Assembly (NCBI GenBank): GCA_016936905.1
Contig: JAFGWZ010000003.1
Coordinates: 1 to 59,300 of the forward strand
DNA length: 59,300 nt
Reading direction: 5' to 3'
Source: Deltaproteobacteria bacterium
Lineage (GTDB): Bacteria; Desulfobacterota; Syntrophia; Syntrophales; UBA6807
Positions 8,349-17,625 of the stretch are shown here, piece by piece (positions within the stretch are counted from its first letter, which is position 1; every line of letters begins with the position of its first letter). The notes under the pieces were generated by a model. The model worked only from the letters and a program-made list of their open reading frames with translations, was not told where the DNA came from and searched no databases. Position numbers and translations under genes: made by a program.

Positions 8349-9809
8349 ATGAAACTGACACAGTACCTAATGATAATCGTGGCGGCCGTGTGCCTGTCAT
8401 TCGGGGGAACGCCGCTCCTGGCAGCGGATGAGATGGACCTCCTCAATGATCTTGATCAGGAAATGTCAACGGAAAAAGGCTCAGGCGGGGGAAGTGACCT
8501 GGATCTCCTCGACGAGTTGGACACAGCGCCGAAGGAAAAAGAGGCCGATGCACTCGCGTACGTCACCATGCTGGGCTCAAACTTTGAGGGAAGCATCCGG
8601 CTGCGGGGCCATGTTTTTTATCGAGATCCCGTTGACCGTGAAGACGTGGACAAACGAAATCCGGTCGGCGAAGCCCTTCTCCGGTTCAATACCTGGACGG
8701 GAAACGACAAATTACGGTTGACCGTCGCGGGCTGGCTCGAGGCAGGAACCCAGCAGGACACCTACGAGGGAATCTTTCGATGGCCCCAGGACAAGGACCG
8801 CCAGCGCCATTACCTTGATCTGAATGAACTGTATCTTTCCTTCTTCCAAGATTCATACGATATAACGGTCGGCAAAAAAATCTTCCAAAACGGCATATCG
8901 ACACTCTTTTCACCGGCGGACCGATACCGCCCGGCAGACTCGAACGACCCTATGGACCCGAAAGACTTCGGCATATGGCAGACCCGGGTGGATTACTATA
9001 TAGACAAGTTTACCGTCACTGCAGCCATTCTACCCATCTATTCGCCGGAGAAACAGCCGAGTCCCCATTCACGGTGGTCTGACACAACGGGAGACTTTGA
9101 TATTTACGATAAAGACACGTCGAACAAGGAGATAGAAGAGGATTTCCCCACCATATCGATCAATAACGTGAGCTACTTCGGCCGCGTCAAGACGACCCTT
9201 GCCGGGTGGGATTTGTTCGTTTCGGCATACCACGGCTTAAATCCCTACTACGTACTGAGAGAAGAAAACCGGGGCGGGACAACGTACACGATCAAGGAAA
9301 ACATAAAAGTGGGCAATTATGCGGCGGGATTTTCCACTGCCTATAAGAAATGGGAGTTCCACGGCGAAACCCTTTTCAACTTCAGTTATGACAGGAAAGA
9401 CGATCACTACTTCACCTTCGTGGGCGGCTTCACCTATACGATGGATACATGGGCCCGCAAGATTTTCATGGAGAAAATAGACATTACCATCGAATACGCC
9501 AACGAGGTCATCACCAAGAAGCAGTCCGCCGAAGGATATGTTGAAAGTTCGCGGAAGGGCAGGCTCGGGAAGAACGACATATTTGCCAGGATCAACTTTA
9601 AATACAATCAGGATCTGAGCTTCCAGTATATTTCCGATTTTGAACTTGATCCGTCGGGACGATACAACAAAATCCAGTCGGAATACAAAATCAGGCCGGG
9701 GCTCTTGTGGACCGTGGCGGCGGAATTCTTCAACGGAAAGGACGACAGCTACTACGGTCGCTGGGCGCGGAACGACCGGTTGATAACGGCGCTGAAATAC
9801 AGCTTTTAG
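8349..9809 (+). CDS. Putative outer-membrane beta-barrel protein (operon partner of the MMPL exporter)
   Basis: The signal peptide MKLTQYLMIIVAAVCLSFGGTPLLAAD starts at the internal ATG 8349. Most of the protein has alternating aromatic/hydrophilic beta-strand-like sequence. The C-terminal ...ITALKYSF is an OMP-type terminal Phe signature. Confidence 0.6.
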   Translation: MKLTQYLMIIVAAVCLSFGGTPLLAADEMDLLNDLDQEMSTEKGSGGGSDLDLLDELDTAPKEKEADALAYVTMLGSNFEGSIRLRGHVFYRDPVDREDVDKRNPVGEALLRFNTWTGNDKLRLTVAGWLEAGTQQDTYEGIFRWPQDKDRQRHYLDLNELYLSFFQDSYDITVGKKIFQNGISTLFSPADRYRPADSNDPMDPKDFGIWQTRVDYYIDKFTVTAAILPIYSPEKQPSPHSRWSDTTGDFDIYDKDTSNKEIEEDFPTISINNVSYFGRVKTTLAGWDLFVSAYHGLNPYYVLREENRGGTTYTIKENIKVGNYAAGFSTAYKKWEFHGETLFNFSYDRKDDHYFTFVGGFTYTMDTWARKIFMEKIDITIEYANEVITKKQSAEGYVESSRKGRLGKNDIFARINFKYNQDLSFQYISDFELDPSGRYNKIQSEYKIRPGLLWTVAAEFFNGKDDSYYGRWARNDRLITALKYSF

Positions 9810-9835
9810 CGACACCTCACATGCGCGTACCTCAG

Positions 9836-9870
9836 GAGAGGGGAATCGAAAGATCCCCTCTCTTTTTATT
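9836..9870 (+). terminator. Rho-independent terminator after the OMP gene
   Basis: The stem gagagggga (9836-9844) pairs with tcccctctc (9854-9862) across a 9-nt loop, followed by tttttattt. Confidence 0.8.
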
Positions 9871-10140
9871 TAAAATGATGTAATAACGTGATTTTCGTTC
9901 TTGTAAACAATAACTGTCGTCATTTGTCAGTATTATGCTGTTTTGATCTTCACTGCCCCGTCCGTCACTATCACACTTTTTACCAGACCATAATAATCTC
10001 GAATCCATTGATTATACTATCTCTATTGCTCTGCCTACGGGACATTGAATCAGCCACAGCAATTCTTATTCTCATTGACATATTCCTGAAACGTGTTATG
10101 TACACTAAGATCCTACACAACAACAAGGAGGGGAAAGACT

Positions 10141-10929
10141 ATGGGTTATGAAGCTGTTTTAGTAGAAAAAAGGGAACAGGGGCATGTCGGCATAGTAACA
10201 TTAAATCGTCCGGATGCACTCAACACGTTCAGTCTCGAGTTGGCACGTGATCTTAGTCAGGCACTTGTTGATCTGGACGGAGACAAAGAAGTGAGGGTAA
10301 TCGTCATCAACGGAGCCGGCAAATGCTTTTCCGCCGGTATCGATGTGAGCCCGAGCGTCTTTGAAGCCATGACACCCTGCGAGTACTATGACTGGATTAC
10401 TCTCATGGAGAAGGCCATCGTTACCATCTCAAAGCTCAAAAAACCTGTTATCGCATCTGTCCACGGATTTGCCGTCGCCAACGGCATAGGCATCGTGGCT
10501 GCAGCGGACTTGGCGATCGCTGAAGAAGGTGTCCGCTTTGGCGCAACGGCTATCAATGTAGGCCTTAACTGCATCGGTCCGCAGGTGGCCCTCTATCGCA
10601 ATATCGGAAAGAAGAAAACTCTCGAACTGGTTTTGAGAGGAAATCTCATTCTCGCCGACGAAGCCCAGAGAATCGGCCTCATCAACATGGTCGTCCCCAA
10701 GGGTGCTCTCGAAGAAGAAACGATGAAACTCGCCAAAGAGCTCGCCGCGAAAAGCCCGCTTGCTCTGCAGAGTGCGAAAAAATCCTTCTATGACATGTCG
10801 GATCTCGAGTTTAATAAAGCCATGGAACTCGTCAACAATCAATTCGCGCTTCTCTGTTCGTTGGGAGATGCAACTGAAGGCATCAAGGCATTCAGTGAAA
10901 AGAGACAACCCGATTGGCAATTGAAATAG
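10141..10929 (+). CDS. Enoyl-CoA hydratase/isomerase (crotonase) family protein
   Basis: Crotonase-fold oxyanion region: VGIVTLNRPDALNTF...VIVINGAGKCFSAGIDV...KPVIASVHGFAVANGIG. I prefer the ATG at 10141 because it is preceded by AAGGAGGGGA. Confidence 0.85.
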   Translation: MGYEAVLVEKREQGHVGIVTLNRPDALNTFSLELARDLSQALVDLDGDKEVRVIVINGAGKCFSAGIDVSPSVFEAMTPCEYYDWITLMEKAIVTISKLKKPVIASVHGFAVANGIGIVAAADLAIAEEGVRFGATAINVGLNCIGPQVALYRNIGKKKTLELVLRGNLILADEAQRIGLINMVVPKGALEEETMKLAKELAAKSPLALQSAKKSFYDMSDLEFNKAMELVNNQFALLCSLGDATEGIKAFSEKRQPDWQLK

Positions 10930-10966
10930 CCTCTCAAGCAGCTTCAGGTGAAATCAAAATCAAAGA

Positions 10967-11017
10967 GGGGGAATACTGGCGGGCAGTGCAGACCGGCACA
11001 GGATTCCCCCTTTTTAC
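10967..11017 (+). terminator. Possible terminator after the crotonase gene
   Basis: gggggaat (10967-10974) pairs with attccccc (11003-11010), followed by ttttt. The 28-nt loop is long, so confidence is moderate. Confidence 0.45.
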
Positions 11018-11302
11018 TTACATATTCTTCAGTTTTCAATGCCTTCATTACCGCAAGCGCACACTCTGTCTATCCTATGAACTGCTGAATGCTCTGTCTT
11101 GGGAAGCGCATTGATCACAATAAAAACCCAAGTTGTAATATTACATCGGGCTGTTGCCCAAATTCATTTTTCACTCGGGCTATGGAGCTTTTTGATAAAT
11201 TGACAGCTTGTTTCAGGCAATTTCAAAACTCGACCTTTGCCCTGTGCCTTGCTGCAATTCCCGCCGCATCGGTAATGAGTTCGCGGTAGAACAGGGCTCT
11301 GA

Positions 11303-11851
11303 TCACTCAATCAATATAAGGCCGATCCATGTTACTTCGTTATTCACAGGAAAGGTGACACCCCATCCCGCTTTCTCCGACGTTGCGATGACATCGATAC
11401 CCATTGCCTCCATGGAGGGCCGGGCCTTAAAGGGAAACCGACATTTTGTACTTCCCTCAGCAATAATACATTCCTCACAGAGACGACAACACCCGCCGAT
11501 AAATCCCGTGGCAAAACGGAAGCCCGCTTCGAATGCCGCTTTCTCTCCGCGGTTGACCAAATCATGGAGTTTATTCGCCGTGCCATATACATCAGGGAAG
11601 GTGTCGCCTATTCCTGCCGACAGCTTGATCAGCAGGGCGTTCGAGAAGAGTGACAACTCGGTTCTGAATTCCGCAACGGAAGGGACATATGGCGGGCACA
11701 TGAGATTCTGCCCGTAACTGTCACAGCGGGGGACCTGACACTTCAACCGGACACGTTCATCGACAACGATGTCCTCAGCCTTGATAGGTTTTACGTCTGT
11801 GGCGCCGTTTTCCCGCAAATATGTGATAATGTCTTCAACCACGGCAACCAT
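11303..11851 (-). CDS. DUF2284-type predicted metal-binding (Cys-rich) protein
   Basis: The 182-aa protein has Cys motifs LKCQVPRCDSYGQNLMCPPY and GGCCRLCEEC...KCRFPFKARPSMEAMGIDV, which are characteristic of DUF2284. Confidence 0.7.
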   Translation of the reverse strand: MVAVVEDIITYLRENGATDVKPIKAEDIVVDERVRLKCQVPRCDSYGQNLMCPPYVPSVAEFRTELSLFSNALLIKLSAGIGDTFPDVYGTANKLHDLVNRGEKAAFEAGFRFATGFIGGCCRLCEECIIAEGSTKCRFPFKARPSMEAMGIDVIATSEKAGWGVTFPVNNEVTWIGLILIE

Positions 11852-11964
11852 CGCCTTTACTGCCGGATATTCACATGCCCGATCCTTGTACTTGTTGCAC
11901 TATCGAATTACATGAGATGATACAAACATACGTACAATCAGGCAAAGGCCGGCGATGAACGGGC

Positions 11965-12007
11965 AACAGCCCGGAGAGAGAGCAATGTCTCCCTGCCCCG
12001 GGCTGTT
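11965..12007. other. 10-bp perfect inverted repeat between meaB and the DUF2284 gene
   Basis: aacagcccgg (11965-11974) pairs with ccgggctgtt (11998-12007) across a 23-nt loop. There is no U-run on either strand. Confidence 0.5.
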
Positions 12008-12088
12008 CCTCATAACGTGAATTATTCACATCCTGCAACAACCGCTCCCTTCAAGCGGGCGCAGCGTCGCAACGGTGAACGTTCCTGT

Positions 12089-13057
12089 CTAGACATCGGG
12101 CATGACGAGATATTTGCTCGCCACCCCTTCTGCCAGGGTATACGGGTCCGTTTCCTTCTTCAGCAACTTATCGGTCATCTCTTTCATTTCCCCACTCTCA
12201 ACCAGTTTTGTTAAAATCGGATCAAGAATGGCTGATAGAAGGGCCTCGTTTAATTCAAGAACAGCCTTTCGCCGAATGCGGTCACCGAGAAGACCCTTTT
12301 CGATCAGGTTCTGATAATGCTGATCGATGGTATTAGTCATTTCATCGAGACTTCGTTGAAACGAGTCCATGGCGAAGATATTCTCCGCCCTGATAATGGG
12401 TGGCTTCCAACCGCCGGGGAATTTATCCACCATGCTGAGCATATAGACGAGTTCCCGATAGAGCTTTCCCGCACCTTCACGGTCTGCCTTATTGATCACG
12501 AAAATATCAGCAATTTCGAGAATACCCGCCTTTATCGCCTGGATTTCATCACCCATACCGGGAACGAGAACGACAACCACCGTGTGGGCATGGTTTATAA
12601 TATCAACCTCCTGCTGCCCCGTCCCGACGGTTTCCACAATGACAAAATCTTTCCCCATTGCGTCCATGACGTGAATCGCGTCACCAACGGCTTTGGCCAA
12701 TCCACCGAGAGCGCCTCGTGTGGCGAGACTCCTGACGAACACTCCCGGATCAGTGGCATGTCGCTGCATACGGATCCTGTCTCCGAGAATCGCTCCGCCG
12801 GTGAAGGGACTGGTCGGATCAACGAGAAGGACTCCCACCGTCTTGTTGCGCTTCCGCAGTTCCGCGACAAGACAGTCGATCATGGTGCTTTTTCCGGCCC
12901 CCGGCGACCCTGTAAACCCAATCACATGTGCTTTCCCCGTATGAGGGAAAATATGTTTGATCGAGTCCTTCGCGAGGGGGATTCGATCTTCGAGATTTCT
13001 AATAAGGCGGGAAGCAGCCCTGACGTCCCCTCCCCGCACTTTTTTGGTAATTTCCAT
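12089..13057 (-). CDS. meaB: Acyl-CoA mutase-associated G-protein chaperone (MeaB/ArgK family)
   Basis: It has the P-loop GFTGSPGAGKST, GGAILGDRIRM, the NKAD motif (VINKADREGA), and a length of 322 aa. Confidence 0.9.
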   Translation of the reverse strand: MEITKKVRGGDVRAASRLIRNLEDRIPLAKDSIKHIFPHTGKAHVIGFTGSPGAGKSTMIDCLVAELRKRNKTVGVLLVDPTSPFTGGAILGDRIRMQRHATDPGVFVRSLATRGALGGLAKAVGDAIHVMDAMGKDFVIVETVGTGQQEVDIINHAHTVVVVLVPGMGDEIQAIKAGILEIADIFVINKADREGAGKLYRELVYMLSMVDKFPGGWKPPIIRAENIFAMDSFQRSLDEMTNTIDQHYQNLIEKGLLGDRIRRKAVLELNEALLSAILDPILTKLVESGEMKEMTDKLLKKETDPYTLAEGVASKYLVMPDV

Positions 13058-13112
13058 CCAAATACTTCCTCTCTGTTTCTGACTCAGTATGAGAAACGGT
13101 CAAACTCAGGTC

Positions 13113-13523
13113 CTATTCCTTGACATTGGGAACAATATTTTCATTGATCCACTTAACAATATCATCGAGGGTAATACCGGGAGTAAAGATGCCTTTCAAT
13201 CCCGCATCATAAAGCAACTGGTAATCCCCCTTCGGGATGATGCCACCACCGATTATCTGAATGTCATCGCCGCCAAGCGCCCTGATCTGCCTGACACACT
13301 CGGGAAACAGATACTTGTGTGCACCGGACATACAGCTCAGACCGACACAGTCGATATCTTCCTGAATCGCCGCAGCGGCGATCTGTTCCGGAGTCTGGTG
13401 ACAACCCGTATAAATCGTTTCATATCCCGCGTCACGGAAACACCGCGCGAGAACACGCGCTCCCCTATCATGACCGTCGAGCCCCGGTTTAGCAACCATT
13501 ATTCGAAGTTTTCTATTTGCCAT
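13113..13523 (-). CDS. B12-binding small subunit of acyl-CoA mutase
   Basis: MANRKLRIMVAKPGLDGHDRGARVLARCFRDAGYE carries the DxHxxG cobalamin-binding motif (DGHDRG). Confidence 0.9.
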   Translation of the reverse strand: MANRKLRIMVAKPGLDGHDRGARVLARCFRDAGYETIYTGCHQTPEQIAAAAIQEDIDCVGLSCMSGAHKYLFPECVRQIRALGGDDIQIIGGGIIPKGDYQLLYDAGLKGIFTPGITLDDIVKWINENIVPNVKE

Positions 13524-13548
13524 GTGATTATCCTCCCTGAATCATTTC

Positions 13549-15234
13549 TTAGTACATTGCCGGATCACGGAATTCGCCGTAGACTTCACGGTAAACATCA
13601 CAGATTTCCTGGACGCTGCAGAGGCTCTTCACCGCCTCGATGCAGTAAGGCATGACATTCTCACCCTTCTTACAGGCGTTCTTGAGGTCATCCAGGCTCT
13701 TCTTCGCTGCCTTGCTGTCGCGTTTTCTTTTTACTTCAGTCAAACGCTCAATCTGTTGCGTCTCAATAGCGTCATCTATATCAAGGAGAGGAATATCCTG
13801 CTCATCTTCGGTAACATATTTGTTCACACCGACCATGATTTTTTCATTGGAGTCGATCTGACGCTGGAATTTATATGCCGCGTCGGCCAGTTCCATCTGG
13901 GGAAATCCCTTGTGGATCGCTTCAATCATGCCACCCATATCGTCGATCTTGTGGATATAATCCCAGGCCTGCTCTTCCATCTCGTTGGTCAGCGCTTCCA
14001 CAAAGTAGGATCCAGCCAGCGGATCGATCGTGTTCGCCGCGCCCGTTTCCTCCGCAATGATCTGCTGCGTTCTCAAAGCGATTTCAACTGCATGATCGGT
14101 GGGCAGGCACCAGACTTCATCGAGCGAATTGGTGTGGAGCGACTGGGTACCGCCGAGAACCGCCGCCAATGCTTCAGTGGCTGTCCGCACAACGTTGTTA
14201 TAGGGCTGCTGAGCCGTCAGCGAGCATCCCGCCGTCTGGGTATGGAACCTCATCCACCAAGATCGCTCGTCTTTCGCTTTATAACGGTCACGCATGGCTT
14301 TCGCCCAGATCCTTCGAGCCGCCCGCAACTTGGCAATCTCTTCGAAGAAATCAATGTGGGAATTGAAGAAGAAGGAGAGTCTCGGTGCAAAGGAGTCCAC
14401 ATCGAGTCCTTTTCGCTTCAACACGTCCTCGACATACTCCATGCCGTCACGAAGGGTGAACGCCAGTTCCTGTACGGCTGTCGAACCTGCTTCCCTGATG
14501 TGATAGCCGCTGATGCTGATGGTGTTCCATCGGGGCACGAATTTCGTTCCGAACTCGACGGTATCGCTGATCAGCTTCACTGATGGTTCGGGCGGGCACA
14601 TAAGCGTTTTCTGCGCGATAAATTCCTTGAGCATGTCGTTCTGTATCGTTCCGCCGATCTTCGTCAGGGGGATTCCTTTGATCTCCGCGGCGGCACAGTA
14701 CATTGCCCAGAGGGCCGTTGCCGGGGGGTTGATGGTCATGGACGTGGTAATCTTGTCCATGGGAATCCCATCGACCAGGACCATGAAATCTTCCAGAGTA
14801 TCGATGGCCACACCGCATTTCCCGCACTCGCCGCGTGCCTTTGGATCGTCCGTGTCATACCCCATGAGGGTTGGAAAATCGAAGGCGGTGCTGAGACCGG
14901 TCTGACCAGCCTTGAGCAACTGGTGCCACCGCTGGTTGGTGTCATAGGCACTTCCGAAACCGGAGAACATCCTGAATGTCCAGAATTTTCCCCGGTAACC
15001 CGTGACCTGGTTGCCACGAATGAAAGGATACTGACCGGGGTAGCCGATATCTTCTTCAAAATTGAGGTCCTTGATATCTTCAGGCGTATAGAGCCGCTTG
15101 ATATCAAGGGACGAAACAGTGGTCCAGTCCTCCTTCTGATCGGCCCATTTGGCCACTGCCTTTTTTACTTCATCTTCCCATCTCTGTCTCATTCTGCTGG
15201 AACTCTCCAGCAACTCTTTCGCAAAGTACATCAC
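13549..15234 (-). CDS. Acyl-CoA mutase large (substrate-binding) subunit, methylmalonyl-/isobutyryl-CoA mutase family
   Basis: The 561-aa protein aligns along its length with MCM-family TIM-barrel subunits: FIRGNQVTGYRGKFWTFRMFSGFG, GQTGLSTAFDFPT, GTIQNDMLKEFIAQK, ISISGYHIREAG, APRLSFFF, GGTQSLHTNS. Confidence 0.9.
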   Translation of the reverse strand: MMYFAKELLESSSRMRQRWEDEVKKAVAKWADQKEDWTTVSSLDIKRLYTPEDIKDLNFEEDIGYPGQYPFIRGNQVTGYRGKFWTFRMFSGFGSAYDTNQRWHQLLKAGQTGLSTAFDFPTLMGYDTDDPKARGECGKCGVAIDTLEDFMVLVDGIPMDKITTSMTINPPATALWAMYCAAAEIKGIPLTKIGGTIQNDMLKEFIAQKTLMCPPEPSVKLISDTVEFGTKFVPRWNTISISGYHIREAGSTAVQELAFTLRDGMEYVEDVLKRKGLDVDSFAPRLSFFFNSHIDFFEEIAKLRAARRIWAKAMRDRYKAKDERSWWMRFHTQTAGCSLTAQQPYNNVVRTATEALAAVLGGTQSLHTNSLDEVWCLPTDHAVEIALRTQQIIAEETGAANTIDPLAGSYFVEALTNEMEEQAWDYIHKIDDMGGMIEAIHKGFPQMELADAAYKFQRQIDSNEKIMVGVNKYVTEDEQDIPLLDIDDAIETQQIERLTEVKRKRDSKAAKKSLDDLKNACKKGENVMPYCIEAVKSLCSVQEICDVYREVYGEFRDPAMY

Positions 15235-16102
15235 CGTCCTCCTTTCAAACCCTTTTATTATGTTCTATGTATAAATGCGGCATTACCACCTCTCCCGCAA
15301 ATTCAAGCAAACCATCCCTGACGTCGGTTCCTTGTTGCGATGCCACATCAAGATTGTGTCTCATAGTTCCATCAACCAAAGAGAAAGGTTCCGCTTTCAG
15401 GCTCCGGAACATGAAATTCACTTCATGACAGTTAACCGGGTGTGTGAATTTCGCACGCTACTGAGCATAAACGGAAATTATAGAATGGGTTTACCGATTG
15501 TCCCCCTGTCCAGCCTGTGGCTGGAATCGCCCGCACTACCGATATAACGGAACAGTATATTTGTCAAGCGAAAAAACTTTTGCTCTATCATTCCGTAATT
15601 ATTAGATATATATACAACGGCGTCGCTGCGCGGGGCACCGGATACGCTACACATGGTAAACTTGTCTTGGATGCAGGGCATGAAACCATTCGTCCGCTTT
15701 CATTACAACACGGGCATGACCACCGGAGATTGCTGGTGACCGTCGGCATATGCAAGCTATCGGGGAAAAGCCCTATCAGCAATCGGAGTGTGTCCGTTTT
15801 TATTCAGCCTTTCTCTCATGTTGAAGAGCGAAAATGTTATCGATACGACGAGGATAAAATCGGATACTATCAGTGTTTGTTCCACCTTCACCGGATCGGT
15901 ATGCCTTTTTATTATCGTTTCATGTGGAAGAAACGAAAAAACCTCATTGAATCGGAAATCTTTTGACAGATGCCGGCCGTTACTTGTAATAGAAATAGCA
16001 GGCTCGATCGTTGCGGGACTGCGGGGGGGCGTTAAAAAGACCCCCTCGCCCGTGAGAGACCGAAGGCAATGCAGGACTTCACATTCATTCAAGGGGGAAC
16101 AT

Positions 16103-16555
16103 ATGGAAATTATGAGCAGCGCTTTTGAAAACGGGGGCATGATTCCGGATAAATATTCCTATGACGGACAGAACATGACACCTCCCCTGGAGTGGACCGA
16201 TCCTCCGGCAGGCACCAAGAGCTTCGTCCTCATTTGTGATGATCCCGACGCGCCCATGGGAACATGGGTACACTGGGTCGTATACGATATCCCGGCAAGT
16301 ATCGGCAAACTCCCGGAAGGCACACTCCCGGAAAAAAACCTGACAAGCGGCGGGAAGCAGGGAACGAATGATTTTCATAAAATAGGCTACGGCGGCCCCT
16401 GTCCGCCATCGGGCACTCATCGATACTTTTTTAAACTCTATGCCCTCGACACATTCACCGAACTTCAACCGGGCGCAACCAAGGCGCAACTCCTTCGAGC
16501 AATGAAAGGACACGTTCTCGAGGAGGCACAGACCATGGGGAAATATCATCGATAA
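16103..16555 (+). CDS. YbhB/YbcL-family phosphatidylethanolamine-binding (PEBP) protein
   Basis: MEIMSSAFENGGMIPDKYSYDGQNMTPPLEWTDPPAGTKSFVLICDDPDAP...HWVVYDIP...GYGGPCPPSGTHRYFFKLYALD. The ATG at 16103 follows AAGGGGG. The upstream 105 codons of the tracked ORF look non-coding. Confidence 0.85.
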   Translation: MEIMSSAFENGGMIPDKYSYDGQNMTPPLEWTDPPAGTKSFVLICDDPDAPMGTWVHWVVYDIPASIGKLPEGTLPEKNLTSGGKQGTNDFHKIGYGGPCPPSGTHRYFFKLYALDTFTELQPGATKAQLLRAMKGHVLEEAQTMGKYHR

Positions 16556-16626
16556 GGGCTGCACCGAAAGCACCGAGCGAACGGAATCGGCCACTTCAAC
16601 AATTACCGGACGTTTTTTCGATTATC

Positions 16627-17562
16627 ATGATAACGAATTCCCGACCATATCGCCGGCTTTATCATGACGGGGCCCTCTCCGCCCGGCTCACCACGTCACT
16701 GGAACTTATGAAACGGTGCAAACTCTGTCCCCGTGAATGCGGCATCGACAGGCTTTCCGGTGAAACCGGTTTCTGTCGGACAGGGCGGCGGGCCCGGATA
16801 GCCAGTTACCACGCCCATTTCGGCGAAGAAGCGCCTCTCGTGGGCAGACACGGATCAGGAACGATCTTCATAAGCCATTGCAATCTCCTCTGCTCCTTTT
16901 GCCAGAATTTTGAAATAAGCCATCTCGGGGAAGGCAGAGAAGTCAAACCCGAACACCTTGCCGCGATGATGGTGCAACTTCAGGAAGAAGGGTGCCACAA
17001 TATCAACTTTGTCACACCGACTCACGTGGTTCCACAAATCATCGAAAGCCTCATCATCGCCGTCGAACAGGGCCTTACCATACCGCTGGTATACAACTCG
17101 GGCGGTTACGACAAGGTGGAAACGTTGAAGCTTCTCGATGGAATCGTTGACATATATATGCCCGATTTCAAATTCGGAAATTCATCGTGGGCAGGCGAAT
17201 TCTGCTCGGCGATGGATTATTTTGATGTGGCATCCGCGGCAATCACAGAGATGCACCGTCAGGTGGGGGATCTGGAAATAGGTGAAGACGGCATCGCCAC
17301 CAGAGGGCTGTTGGTTCGGCATCTTGTCATGCCGAACGGCGTTGCCGATACGGAGAAGATTATGACATTTATCGCCACGGAGATATCACCCCATACCTAT
17401 GTCAATGTCATGGATCAATACCATCCCTGTGGGCATGCCAGGGAAGATGGGCGCATCAATCGAAGGATCTCACCTGCCGAGTACACCCAAGCGCTCGGGG
17501 CCGCCAGGGATGCGGGGCTGACGCGGCTGGATTCGCCCCTTCGATTGTTCCGCTGGCGATGA
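16627..17562 (+). CDS. PflX-type radical SAM protein (paralog 1)
   Basis: It has N-terminal CPRECGIDRLSGETGFC and the radical SAM CxxxCxxC motif as SHCNLLCSFCQNFEISH. Confidence 0.85.
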   Translation: MITNSRPYRRLYHDGALSARLTTSLELMKRCKLCPRECGIDRLSGETGFCRTGRRARIASYHAHFGEEAPLVGRHGSGTIFISHCNLLCSFCQNFEISHLGEGREVKPEHLAAMMVQLQEEGCHNINFVTPTHVVPQIIESLIIAVEQGLTIPLVYNSGGYDKVETLKLLDGIVDIYMPDFKFGNSSWAGEFCSAMDYFDVASAAITEMHRQVGDLEIGEDGIATRGLLVRHLVMPNGVADTEKIMTFIATEISPHTYVNVMDQYHPCGHAREDGRINRRISPAEYTQALGAARDAGLTRLDSPLRLFRWR

Positions 17563-17625
17563 ACAGCCGTCGGTTCTTCTTTGTACGGATAAAATGATTT
17601 TTTCAGATAACGGTACTGGACGCAG

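Noticed and set aside
11225-11305. Possible UGA read-through extension of the DUF2284 gene (its stop is TGA).
   Set aside because: The in-frame continuation (SEPCSTANSLPMRRELQQGTGQRSSFEIA) is not similar to anything I recognise. The DUF2284 protein is already full length at 182 aa.
15235-15420. A possible cobalamin riboswitch in the leader of the B12-dependent mutase operon (minus strand).
   Set aside because: I could not find the B12-box (…AGYCMGGAGACCKGCC…) or the GGTG…AAATCC core on either strand. Only a Rfam RF00174 scan could settle it.
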